Shown here piece after piece: positions 25,218-38,118 of a DNA stretch of 64,000 nucleotides. A program made the position numbers and the translations under genes. The stretch covers positions 1,674,001-1,738,000 of the forward strand of contig NC_089434.1 of assembly GCF_026210795.1 (NCBI RefSeq). The letters run 5' to 3'. Numbering within the stretch: position 1 is the stretch's first letter; every line of letters begins with the position of its first letter. The notes below the pieces were generated by a model. That model had not been told where the DNA came from and did not search any database. It saw only the letters and a list, made by a program, of their open reading frames with translations. Source of the stretch: Rhizophagus irregularis. Lineage: Eukaryota.

Positions 25218-27433
25218 ATGTCTACTATTATTCGAAGAGGATTAATTAATGAAACAGTTAGTAGAGCATGTTCGTTAACTGATTATAATATTCGTACTGA
25301 TATGCATAAACAATTTGAATTTCGTAAACAATTCATTCTTGATGATAAAATTCTTACAGATGATGAAAAAACTTTAGCAATAAGAATAATAAATGAGTTT
25401 TATGATCAAAATAAAGTTCTTTCAAATTCTGGAATAAAAAGAATTTGTGAAAATTGTGATCAAGAATGTTTAGCAACATTATATTGTGAATTTTGTGTTC
25501 AAAATTTTTTAAAATTAAATTTTAAAAATTGGACATCAGGAAATTATGATATTGATAATTTAATACAAAAATGTCAATTAGAAACACTTATGCCAAGTAA
25601 AGTAATTGAATGGATTTCATATAAAAATTTAAGGGATATTAAATATTTAACAAAAGGTGGATTTTCTGAAATATATACTGCACGTTGGATTAATGGATAT
25701 TATAAACAATGGGATTCTAAAAATCTACAATTAAAAAGATTTGGAACTATAAGAGTAATACTTAAAAGGTTAGAAAATGTTGAAAGTGCAAGTCAAAGTT
25801 GGTATGAGGAGGTATATATATATTTTTTAATTTATTTTATAAAATTGAATCATTCTTTATATATTAAACGATAAAATTCTTAAATTTTTATAGGCTAAAT
25901 CGCATTTAACTATAAACAATAAACATACTACCATTGTTAAATGCTTTGGTTTAACAAGAGATATACCAAATGGAAATTATATGCTTGTAATGATGGAAAT
26001 GGATATGGATTTAAGAAAATATTTACAAATTAATAATCAACTTACGTGGAAACAAAAAATTAGAATTGCTTTTGAAATAATTGATTCACTTTTTTTCATT
26101 CATCTTGAAAAAGCAATTCATAGAGATTTGCACTCTGGAAACATATTATATTCAAAATATAATGATCGTTGGTTTATTAGTGATCTCGGATTTTGTGGAC
26201 CCACTGATAAATCATCGAAAAGTATATATGGAAATCTTCCATATATAGCACCAGAAGTTATTAATGGAAAAGGATATACTTTTAAATCTGATATTTATAG
26301 TGTTGCAATACTTATGTGGGAAATCTCAACTGGATATTCACCATTTATTGATTATGAGCATAATGATTATGAGCTTGCGATGAATATAATTGATGGCATG
26401 AGACCAGAAATTGCGTCAGACACTCCTTTAGAATATAAAAGTTTAATGAAGCAATGTTGGGATGATAATCCATCAAATAGACTTGATATTCAATCTCTTC
26501 GGGAAAAAATGAATGAAATTCATCTATTATATCAAAATATGCCAAATGAAGTTTTTCAGGCAAAAAAACTAAATAATATTGAAATAAAAATTAGTGATAC
26601 AAGTAGCAGATTATTTACAAGTAAAATTTATCAATTTGACAATTTACTTGATCGAAAAAATACAACAGAAGGTACTACTTTTTATATTTTGTTAGAGGAA
26701 CAAGAAGTTAAGATTATCATTTTATCAAATTATTATAACAACTTTTAAACGACTTTTCTTTTATAAATAGCAATTTATAGTAAAGTATATGACTTTAGTA
26801 TTCCTGATAATAGTAAGTATTATTAAAAAGGTTTCATTTATTGTTAATATTTATTGAACGAATTTCATTTTTTAGTTGATGATTTTAATAATTCAAGCAA
26901 TCTAAGGGTTAATAAAACATCAAGAATAAGTAGTAATTTTAAAGGTAATTTATTTATATATATATTTATTTAATTATCCCTTAAATAATAATGGCACAAT
27001 TATATCTCAATTTTAGGCATTAATAAAGGATTATCTAAGGTATTTAAACCGTTAAAGATAAGTTCAAAGGATGGTAAGTAATATGATATTAAATATTAAT
27101 TGTTCATTAAGCAATATTGATTGATCAATTGTTTAATAATATAGACATTCGAAATGATCATAAAAAAGTAATAATGCGACGAACGAAAGGATCAGTTAAT
27201 GGTGAATAAAATTTTTTGACATAAATTTTTTAATTTTGCGATATTTAAATTAAATATTTTTGTCCTTTTATAGATGATGACGAAATACATAATAATCCAA
27301 ACCTTCATTCAGAAGATCAAGATGAATTTGAAATTCCCGAGGGTTAGTTTCTTAATATTAATATTGTATAAATAATATCTTAATTACTAATTTATATTAT
27401 TTATATGTATTTTTTTTTTTAGATGGATTTTAA
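25218..27433 (+). CDS. TKL-group protein kinase, copy 3
   Basis: Exon 1 at 25218-25811, exon 2 at 25894-26671, short 3' exons ending ATGGATTTTAA at 27423-27433. HRDLHSGNIL, DLG, APE. The micro-exon region is degenerate. Confidence 0.9.
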
Positions 27434-27900
27434 AATTATATTTATAAGTAAATAATATTGAAAATTTTATTTAAACACTAAGGTTAGAATAGTAAAATAT
27501 TTTACACGATTTCTTAGTTTGTAATTTAAATAATTTTTTTTTAATATTATATCTTATCAATAAATCTGAATCAATATTTTTATATATTAAATCGAAAAAA
27601 AAACAAAGAAAAAAAGTCAATGAGAAAGGGACGATAAGAAATATCGTGGTAAAGATTAAAATAAGAATATTCCAGAAAAAAATAAAAATATTAGTAATAA
27701 TTAAAACCAAGTTATTATAAATTAGTAAAGAATTTTTAAAAAACAACGAAATATTCACTTATAATCTTTTAAATTCTTTAGTTTTAAAGAATTTCCAATT
27801 CTCATAAATCTCTAAATATTTATTATCATTCAAACATTTTATACAGTATTTTGACTTGTTTCTATAATAATGTAACGAACTTTTTCTAATAATAAATAAT

Positions 27901-28056
27901 GTATTTCATCCGGTATTACGTGATTTTTTATAATTAAAAATGGTTATAATAAATCGTGTATCAAGCAAAAATTCGTGTATCAGGCAAAAAATTCGTGTAT
28001 CAGGCAAAAATTCGTGTATCAGGCAATATTAAATCACGGGATACCAGATAAATCAC
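27901..28056. mobile_element. Small MITE with internal aaaattcgtgtatcaggc tandem repeats
   Basis: gtatttcatccggtattacgtgattt is inverted relative to aaatcacgggataccagataaatcac. Four internal ~19-bp repeats. Confidence 0.6.
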
Positions 28057-28160
28057 TTATTCGGCACTTCGAACCGAATAACTAACGCTACCTAAAGGTA
28101 GCTTGTTATATTGGGAATCAAATTTGATCAGTTGATCTCGGGCTCCGAAGTGCCGAATAA
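28057..28160. mobile_element. 104-bp MITE with perfect 15-bp TIRs
   Basis: ttattcggcacttcg ... cgaagtgccgaataa. Confidence 0.75.
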
Positions 28161-28790
28161 CTATTAAGTATCAAAAATAAATTTCATGTATTGATATCAT
28201 CGATACAAAGAGTAATATTTTTTCTGCATGTAATAATAATTATTTTTTGCATGAGTTATAATTATTTGCATCAGTTATAATTAATAAATTTTTATTTTGC
28301 ATCGCATATTCGCATCATTAAATTTTTTAATTTTTTTCTATATTAGACTTTTATTTATACATGATTAATTTAATAATCGCGGTGGTAATGTCACTAATGT
28401 GATTCGATTTCAGTGTAATTGTAGGTGACATAATTATTTATGCATCAATTAAACTTTTTTTAGTCCATAATTATTGTCAATAATTTTATATCACATCAGC
28501 TAATAATTCATAACGTTTTATATATTTTACACTAACTTTATTTCGATTATTAGATAAAATGGTCAAAATGGCCACTATTAATATTTTTATTATGATATTA
28601 ACTATATGACTAATTAAGCATATTGTGATTATGATGTGTAAATTGTCACGAACTTCTGCCGATTTTCAGCCACAATAAATCAACATATGAGAAAAATCAT
28701 TTGAATGGTTCGTAATAATTTGCGTGTTCTGAAACTAGAACTTTTTTCATAGTGCATAGAATAGAATAAATTAAAATTTAAGGACCTAAG

Positions 28791-29003
28791 AGGACCCCGA
28801 AATATATATGTAGAGGTCAGGTCCAGAAGTGGTCCAAAATACGCATTCTTTCAGGGCCGGAATTACGATAATTTCAGCCATTATCTAAATTAGGAAATAT
28901 TATTTTGGCTGGGATTATCCATAAAAGGAATGATCTACATGATTTTTTTGACTCATTATACGCAAACTCTGACCTGACCCTTTTATGTATATTTCGGGGT
29001 CCT
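28791..29003. mobile_element. 213-bp MITE (AGGACCC termini), second copy
   Basis: Reverse complement of 7463-7674. TSD gacctaag at 28783-28790 and 29004-29011. Confidence 0.92.
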
Positions 29004-29469
29004 GACCTAAGAATAATCATCCCTTATAATATTATCATAATTTTTCAAGAGTTTTTTTTTGCATTCATATATATATAATTATCAAATTAAAATAATTCAA
29101 AGTAATCATAACGACAACTCAGCTGCGATAGTGCCGCAGTTGTGAGGTCACGTGTGCACGAGTAATTGTTTGCATAATAGGTATTTATTTTGTACCTTAG
29201 TTTTGTCATTTATTTCTAGAAATGTAAAAAATATTTTTTTATTACGTTAAACATGTCTAAAAATAGTTTATTTTTGTTGTTTATAATTGTTTGTGTAATT
29301 GCCACATGAACATTAGATCATATGGTTACACTTTTTAGAGTTTAGTAACTTTCAGTTCATCGTCAAAAATAATTTCTTTTTTTCACTTTTTTTCAATTCA
29401 TATTTATTTTTTTTTTTAAACAAAAAAAAATTTTTCATTTTTTAAAATTTTAGCAACAAAATTGCAATT

Positions 29470-31576
29470 ATGTCTAACATTCGATATGAATTAGTTAATT
29501 CAACAGTAAATAGAATAATTTTATTAACAGATTTAAAAATTTATAATAACATACATAAATATTATGAATTTCGAAAACAAACAATTCTTACTGATAAACT
29601 TCTTACAGATGACGAAAAAATTTATGCAATAAGATTATTAACTAAAAATTATGATCGAGATAAAGTTATTACTAATTCAGGAACGAAAAGAATTTGTGAA
29701 AATTGTAAGAAAAAATGTTTAGCTACATTATATTGTGAATATTGTATTCAAAATTATTTAAAAACAAATTTTAAAAATTGGACATCCGGAAATAATGATA
29801 TTGATGATTTAATACAGAAATGTCAAATTAAAACTATTGGACCAAATTATATAGTTGAATGGATTCCATATAATAATTTAGAAAATATTAAATATCTAAC
29901 AAAAGGTGGATTCTCCGAAATTTATACTGCTGATTGGATTAATAGCTTTTATAAAGAGTGGGATTCTAAAAATCAACAATTAAAAAGATTTGGAAGTGTA
30001 AAAGTAGTACTTAAAAAATTAGAGAATGTTGAAAGTGCAAATCAAAGATGGTTTGAGGAGGTTTGTATTTTAAATTTATTTATAAAGTTAACCAACTCTT
30101 TATTTACAATAAAAGTTTTATATTTTTATAGGCTAGATTACATTTAATTATAAGTAGTAAGCGTGGTAGCATTGTCCGTTGTTTTGGTTTAACACAAGAT
30201 CTATTAAATGGAAATTACATGCTTGTAATGTTAAAGATGGATACGGATTTAAGAAAATATTTACAACAAAATTATAATCAACTTACATGGAAAGAAAAGA
30301 TTAAAATTGTTTATGAAATATCTATTGCACTTAGTAATATTTATAAAGAGAAAGCAATTCATAAAGATTTGCATTCCGGAAACATATTATATTCTAAATC
30401 AAATGATCGTTGGGTTATTAGTGATCTTGGATTTTGTGGACCTGCTGATAAATCATCAAAAAGTATATATGGAAATCTTCCATATTTAGCACCAGAAGTT
30501 ATTAAAGGAAATGGATATACTTTTAAATCTGATATTTACAGTATTGCAATACTTATGTGGGAAATTTCATCTGGATATTCGCCGTTTATTGATTATGAGC
30601 ATGATGATTATGAACTTGCAATGAATATAATTAATGGTATGAGACCAGAAATTATGTCAGATATTCCTTTAGAATATAAAAATTTAATGGTACAATGTTG
30701 GGATGCTGATCCATTAAAAAGACCCGATACTATTACACTTGAAGAGCAGATAAGAAAAATTCATTTATCATATCGGAATATGCCAAATGAGTTGTTTCAG
30801 TCAAAGACAATAAATAATTTTGAAATAAAAACCAGTACAAATTATACAAGTAGAACATTATTTACGAGTAAAATTTATCAATTTGACAATCTACCTGAAC
30901 AAAAAATTGCAACGAAAGGTATTACTTTATATATTGATGATTTTTTTTCATTATTACTAATTTTTTTTTTAATTTAAATAATTGTTTACTGTCAATTTAT
31001 TATTTATTCTGATTTTTTCTTGGTTTTTTTTTAAAAAAAAATAGCACTTTATACTAGTAAAGTATATGATCTTAGAATTCCTGATAATAGTAAGTATTTA
31101 TTAAAATTTTATTTAATGAAATATTTATGTATTAAACAAACTTTTCATTTTTAGTTGATGATTTTAACGAACAGAAAATTAAAAGAACATCAAAAATAAG
31201 TAGTATTTTTAAAGGTAATATATTTTATATATATTTAATTATCTTCAAATAATAATAATACAAATAAATCTCAATTTTAGTCAGTAATAAAAGCTTATCT
31301 AAGGTATTTGAAACGTTAAAGATAAGTTCGAACAATTGTAAGTAATATAATTCTAAAATTTAATTGTTTTGTTAAGCAAGATTAATTTATTTTATTTAAA
31401 ATATAGACATTCAAAATGATCATGAAAAAGAAACAATACAACAAATGAAAGAACCAGTTAATGGTAAGTGAAACTTTTGCTATAAAATTTTTAATTTTGC
31501 AACGTTTAAATATTTTTTTTCTTTTATAGATGATGACGAAATATATAATAATTCAAACCTTCATTCAAAAGATTAA
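29470..31576 (+). CDS. TKL-group protein kinase, copy 4 (HKD catalytic loop; slightly truncated C-tail)
   Basis: Exon 1 at 29470-30060, exon 2 at 30132-30918, next exon at 31045-31089. HKDLHSGNIL. A CAA>TAA change at 31574-31576 is followed by a ~140-bp insertion splitting the penultimate exon. Confidence 0.85.
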
Positions 31577-32139
31577 GATGAATCGGTCAGTTAAAAAAAA
31601 ATTGATTTTGATCTCAAAGAATAATAATAACGATGATTTTTGGTGATGATTTTTGATTCCAAGGATATGATCCTTTTAAATAAAAAATCAAATAATTAAT
31701 TAAATTACAAAACATTAACTTTCGAAATTCCTGATGGCTAGTTTCAATAGTATTAATGTTGTATAAATAATATCATAATTACTAATCTCTATTATTTATA
31801 TGTATTGATTTTAAAATTTAATTATATACTGAATATTTTATTTTGTTGAAGCTAGAGTAGTAAAATATTTTATGCGTTCCTTAATTTGTAAATTTAAATA
31901 ATTTTTTTTTCAATATAGCTTATTAATAAATTTAAATCAATATTTTTTTATTTATTAAATCTATCGGTTGTCTGTTAAAAAATGGATATTCAGATATCTG
32001 AATTGAATGGATATCTGAATATAGTTTGGATCTGTTATACAAATCAGTACCAAATTTGATTTTAGACATATATTGTCCTTCGCTTCACTCCAGAGTCACT
32101 CCAGAGTCACTCCAGACAATTATGATTCATATTTAATAT

Positions 32140-32339
32140 ACCCTATAAAAAATTTTTATCCGAATATTTCCATTATTTCTCCGTGTCTTCCGTAAAAATT
32201 CCGTGAAAATGATACATTCACGGATATCCGTGTTAGCGAGATGAAAATTTCCATGATTTAAGGCTATAAATTCCATTAAAATGATACATTCACGGAAAAA
32301 ACATGGAAAGATAAAACACAGATCAGATTTTTTACAGGG
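32140..32339. mobile_element. Small MITE (CCCTATAAAAAA...TTTTTTACAGGG)
   Basis: accctataaaaaatt / ttttttacagggat termini; inverted member of the 13759/32606 family. Confidence 0.55.
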
Positions 32340-32605
32340 ATATTATTTGGAATTTTGCAATTTGAGCTGATTTTTTATTTGATAACCAATATGATTCGAT
32401 TAATTCAATTTTGATAGAATCGATTCCAATCACTAGACATTTTGATAACTTCTTGCAGCATTGCGTAATAGTATCTGCTAATTAATATTGCAATATATTA
32501 ATAAATGATTTAATTATATTTACTCATCATTTTTTAAAAAACCCTATTATGTAATTACCTATATTTGACAATGTCTTTCAAATTATTATATTATTTATAA
32601 AAATG

Positions 32606-32758
32606 ACCTGTAAAAAAAGTTGATTTATTTATATATTCCAAGCTAATTAATAACCTTATATCACGGAATCTATCAATTATTTTCATTTACGTGAATCCAT
32701 GAGAGGTACATTTTTACGGGATTTTTACAGAAATAATAAATAAAATTTTTTATAGGGT
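32606..32758. mobile_element. Small MITE (CCTGTAAAAAA...TTTTTTATAGGG)
   Basis: Inverted termini; homologous to 13759-13934. Confidence 0.6.
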
Positions 32759-33169
32759 GAAAAAATTGACTGACCGGTTTTATTTACAAAGTTCAAAATG
32801 GGTATATTTACTTCAAAATGGCAGTCTCAAGATATTCAAAATAGGGATGAAAAAGGTAGATTTTAGTGATAGTATTCTATGACTAGACCATAATTTAAAA
32901 ATCCAATAATTTCATTTAATTCAATAAAAACATTTTTTTGAATGGTGTTCTACGCAAACTCAGACCTGATCTTTTATGTGTATTTTTTCGGGATTATTGT
33001 GAAATTCAAAAATCCATAAAATACGCAAATCATAATTAGTTTGCTTTACATTTGTCAAAAAAATTTTTTGTATGGTCCTTTAATAAATTTACAGGAATGA
33101 TAAATCATATAGTGTTACGCAGTAAAATGTCGCGCAGCAATCACATGATATAACCGGACCCGTGATGTT

Positions 33170-33350
33170 GATCAATGTCGTAAATGTCGAATATGTTCGA
33201 CATGTTCGATATATCGAATATATAGCATTTATCGAATTTATAGCATATATCGAATATGTAGCATTTATCGAATTTATCGAATATATAACATTTATCGAAT
33301 ATATAACATTTATCAAATATATAGCATTTATCGGATTTGTTCGATATATT
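33170..33350. repeat. Degenerate 9/18-bp tandem repeat (gaatatatagcatttatc)
   Basis: Directly visible tandem units. They generate the spurious ORFs 33089 and 33162. Confidence 0.85.
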
Positions 33351-33783
33351 AGATATTTTTTTTTATAAAAATTTGTTATAAAAAGACGGTGTAAATGCGC
33401 TTTAGAAAAAATAACTACAATTAGAATTTAATAAAGTTAGTTTTAGAACAGTCCTTTATAAAAATCATTAATAAAATTGATTATTAAAACTCATATACAC
33501 TTTATTTTTCGTGTTATTTCTTATACACTTTATTTTTTTATTCATTGTTCATATTTGGTTAGTTTAATCCTTTACTTGCGTCTGATCGTATAGGCTATTT
33601 GGAGAGCTATACCATATTCGCATTTTTACGTTGGATTTACATTGAATTAATAAAATTAGTATAAGATTTACGCTGATCCTGTTAATTTCCGACCCTATTA
33701 ATCCTTCTGCTTACATTTAATTTAACGCTTATTTTTAAGCACATAAAGAACTGACATATAACAATAGTAAATAATTTTTTGGT

Positions 33784-33914
33784 ATTGCTAAACATCACCT
33801 TTACCAGCATTAGGATGGCATTTTGGGTGGAATTACATTCATATTCTTAATTTTGCCCCAAGTTCCATCCTAATGCTGGTAAAGGCGATGATCGCCCAGG
33901 CGATGTTTAGTAAT
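33784..33914. mobile_element. Hairpin MITE remnant
   Basis: catcacctttaccagcattaggatgg / ccatcctaatgctggtaaaggcgatg. The outer end gcccaggcgatgtttagtaat also occurs at about 3568-3590. Confidence 0.65.
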
Positions 33915-34913
33915 TTTCATATATTGTATATGAAGTAGTGTATTAATAATTTTTATTTTTAAATATATTTTATTGAGATTGATCCTGAATATATATCATT
34001 GATTCAAATATGATACAAAATTAGTTTTTCGAATGTAAAATAATTATTCATGTAGTTAATTTTCTTTTGTATGAGACTATGAGTTTTTCGAAGATGTGGG
34101 TGACAAATTTAATAGCACTTCTCAATGAACTTCACTATTTCATATTTAAAGTTTTGCAACCAATCTTATCGATCAGGACAAGATAAAATAAGTTTAATAC
34201 TTTAAATGAAATAATCTTTAATATAAAAAAAGTAAAATATGTAATAGTTTTATGGATTTTTTATAAATAGGAACACTATTATTAAAATTTTTTAACTATT
34301 TTATTGACTAATTATAGCGTAAGAAACTTCAATAAATTTGTTAGAAAAATTTTCATTTCAAATAATTTACAGAGAAATGAGAGAATTCAATTATTCCGCT
34401 AACATAATATACTGTACGTATATATTTTTGGTTTACTGATTTTAGGTCTTTTTGTTTACAAAAAAAAAATTCAGCATGTACTATATGAAACAAATCATAA
34501 TCACAAAGTATTACAATATCATCAATATTTTCTATTATTTTTAATTCCTTCATCAAATTTAATAAATTATAGTTTTTATAATTTTACACTTAGAATTCTC
34601 GGTAAACTCTAATTTACATTCATGTGTATTTTTAGTTACAGTATTTATTTATAAAATGTAAAAATATTTATTGTAACGATAAACATGTCTAAAAATAGTT
34701 TATCGTGTTTATTTTTAAATTTGTTTGTATAACTGTTACATAACATTCAAATCGTACTAAAATTCAAATTTATGTTACACTATAAATTGTTTCTGAATTT
34801 TGAAATTAAATTTTTTTTCTTTTTAAAAAAAAAAATTTTTCGTTTTTCCAATTTATATTTGTATTTATTTAAAAAAAAGTTTTCATTTTAAACCTTTATA
34901 ATAAAATTGCATT

Positions 34914-37177
34914 ATGTCTACCATCCGATACGAATTAGTTTATGCAACAGCTAATAGAGCATATTCGTTAATTGATTATAATATTTACACTGATGCTCAC
35001 AAACAATATGAATTTCTAAAACGAACAATTCTTGCCGATAAACAACTTACGGATGATGAAAAAACTTTTGCAATAAAAATAACAGATGAGAAATATGACC
35101 GAGATAAAATTCTTTTTAATTCAGGAACAAAAAGAATTTGTGAAAATTGTAAACAAGAATGTTTAGCAACATTATATTGTGAATATTGTGTTCGAAATTA
35201 TTTAAAAGCAAATTTTAAAAATTGGACATCTGGAAATAATGATATTGATAATTTAATACAGAAATGTCAATTGGAAACAACTAGACCAAATGTGATAATT
35301 GAATGGATTTCATATAGTAATTTACAAAATATTAAATATCTTACAAAAGGAGGATTCTCCGAAATTTATACTGCAGATTGGATTGATGGAGAATATGAAG
35401 AATGGGATTCCGAAAAACAACAATTAAGAAGATTTGGAACTACAGAAATAGTACTTAAAAAATTAGAAAATGTTGAAAATGCAAATCATAGTTGGTTTGA
35501 AGAGGTTTGTATTCTAAATGTATTTATAAAATTAGCCAATTTTTTGTTTTACAATAAAAGTTTTTATATTTACAGGCTAAATCACATTTAACTATAAATA
35601 ATAAATGGCCAGCCATTGTCAGATGTTATGGAATGACACAAAATCCATCAAATGAAAATTATATGCTTGTAATGATGAAAATGGATATGGATTTAAGAAA
35701 ATATTTACAACAAAATAATGAACGACTCACATGGAAAGAAAGAATTAGAATTACTTTTGAAATTACTAGTGCACTATATTGGATTCATAAAGAGAAGGCA
35801 ATTCATAGAGATTTACATCCAGGAAATATATTGTTTTCAAAATTTAATAATGGTTGGCTTATTAGTGATCTTGGATTTTGTGGACCTGTTGATAAATCAT
35901 CAGAAAGTATATATGGAAATCTTCCATATATAGCACCAGAAGTTATTAGTGGAAAAGGATATACTTTTGCATCTGATATTTATAGCATTGCAATACTTAT
36001 GTGGGAATTTTCATCTGGATATTCACCATTTATTGATTATAAGCATGATGATTATAATCTTGCAATGGATATAATTAATGGTATGAGACCAGAAATTATA
36101 TCAGATATTCCTTTAGAATATAAAAATTTAATGGTACAATGTTGGGATGCTGATCCATTAAAAAGACTTGATATACAATCTCTTCGGGAAAAAATGAATG
36201 AAATTCATCTATTATATCAAAATATGCCAAATGAAGTTTTTCAGGCAAAAACACTCAATAATATTGAAATAAAAACTAGCACAAATTATATAAGCAGCAG
36301 CAAAGTTCATCAATTTAAAAATTTACCCGAACCAAAAAATGCAACAGAAGGTACTATTATTTGCTAAGTTTTTTGTTTGATATGATGACGTTACTAATTT
36401 TTTTTTTTAATTTAAATGATTATACACATTATAGAAGAACAAGAAGGTTAGTTTTTTTATTGTTATTTTATTAACTATTGTAATAATTTATAACCTATTT
36501 TTCTTATTTTTAAATAGCATTTCATAGCAAAACATATGATTTTAGTATTCCTGATAATAGTAGGTATTTATTGAGATTTTCATTTGATGAAATATTTATT
36601 AATCAAATTTTCGTTTTTTAGTTGAAGATTTTAATAATTCAAGCGATCAGAAGATTAATAAAACATCAAAAATAAATAGTATTTTTAAAGATAATTTATT
36701 TATATATTCAAATTTTTGAAATAATGATACAAATTTATCTCGATTGTAGGTGGTAGTAAAAGATTATCTAAAGTATTTAAAAGGTTACAAATAAGTTCAA
36801 AGAATGGTAAGTAATACTATTCTAAGTTTTAATTGTTTATTAAGCAATATTTATTATAATCTTACTTATTTATTTATTTTATTTCATAAAAAAGAAACAA
36901 TGCAACAAATGAAAGGATCAGTTGATGGCAAGTAAAAATTTTTTGCTATAAATTTTCAATTTATTTTGCAATGTTTAAATCAAAAACCTTTATCCTTTTA
37001 TAGATGATAACGAAATACATAATAATCCAAACCTTCATTCAGAAGATCAAGATGAATTTGAGATTCCCGATGGTTAATTTCTTTAATATTTTTCTATTTT
37101 TCTTAATATCGTATAAATAATATCTTAATTACTTATTTATATTATTTATATGTATTCTTTTTTTAGATGGATTTTAA
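34914..37177 (+). CDS. TKL-group protein kinase, copy 5 (kinase domain intact, tail splice sites damaged)
   Basis: Exon 1 at 34914-35504, exon 2 at 35576-36350, micro-exon at 36435-36446, exon at 36518-36559. HRDLHPGNIL. Donor GT>AT at 36691; exon-7 acceptor deleted near 36880. Confidence 0.85.
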
Positions 37178-38118
37178 AATAACAAACGATATTGGAAATT
37201 TTATTTGAATTATTTCAACACTAAGACTAGAGTAGTAAAATATTTTGCGCGTTTCTTAATTTGTAATTTAAATAATTTTTTTTTATATATTATATATTAT
37301 CAATACTTAAACTTTTTTAAAAACATAAAAATTTTGTGAAAGAAAAAATTTTACTGCCTTTTCTGTCTCATCACTGATGATTTTATATTGTTTTATTGAC
37401 AGTTATTATTCCAAAGTTGTGATAACCGCAGTCAAAAGCCGCAGTTTAAAGTCGTTGGCATACAGTATAATCTTAACATCATTTTACAAATCTAGATTGG
37501 ATTGAATTTTTTCATGGAAAAGTACATATCTTCACAATAAATTATGATTTTATTGTAAATTTAATTGTGGTTATATAATGTTGGATGCAAATGTAAAATA
37601 ACCGATAAAATTTATATTACTTCATTGCTAGACTTTAACTTTTGGAATTATTTGCTTTCAAGATTTTTGATCATCAAAATCACGAACCATCGAGATATTG
37701 TTGATTAAACAAGAGGAGTAAAAGAGTAAAAACTTGGATATTTTTAAGATATTATAATATTTACCATAACTAGTTAAGCTGGTAATAAACTTTTTATAAT
37801 CTGGAAACATTTAGTATAATTTTTCCGGACCCGTGGTAAAATCCCAATGATCCATAATACTGATAGTAAAATAAATAATCTATAAATTAAAATTTTAATT
37901 ATTCATGATATGTATATATTCTTCATTGATATTGTCATATCATAAAGTCATATGATGCTGATAATCAAAAATCAAATAGTTAGAATTACTAATCAATTAT
38001 CATAATTACTGTAATCAAATTTTATTTAGCTCAAAAAAAAAAAAAAAAAATTTTTCAACATTTTGTTTTCATTCAAACAAAAAAAAAAAATTATAAATTT
38101 TAACCAATTATATTAATA

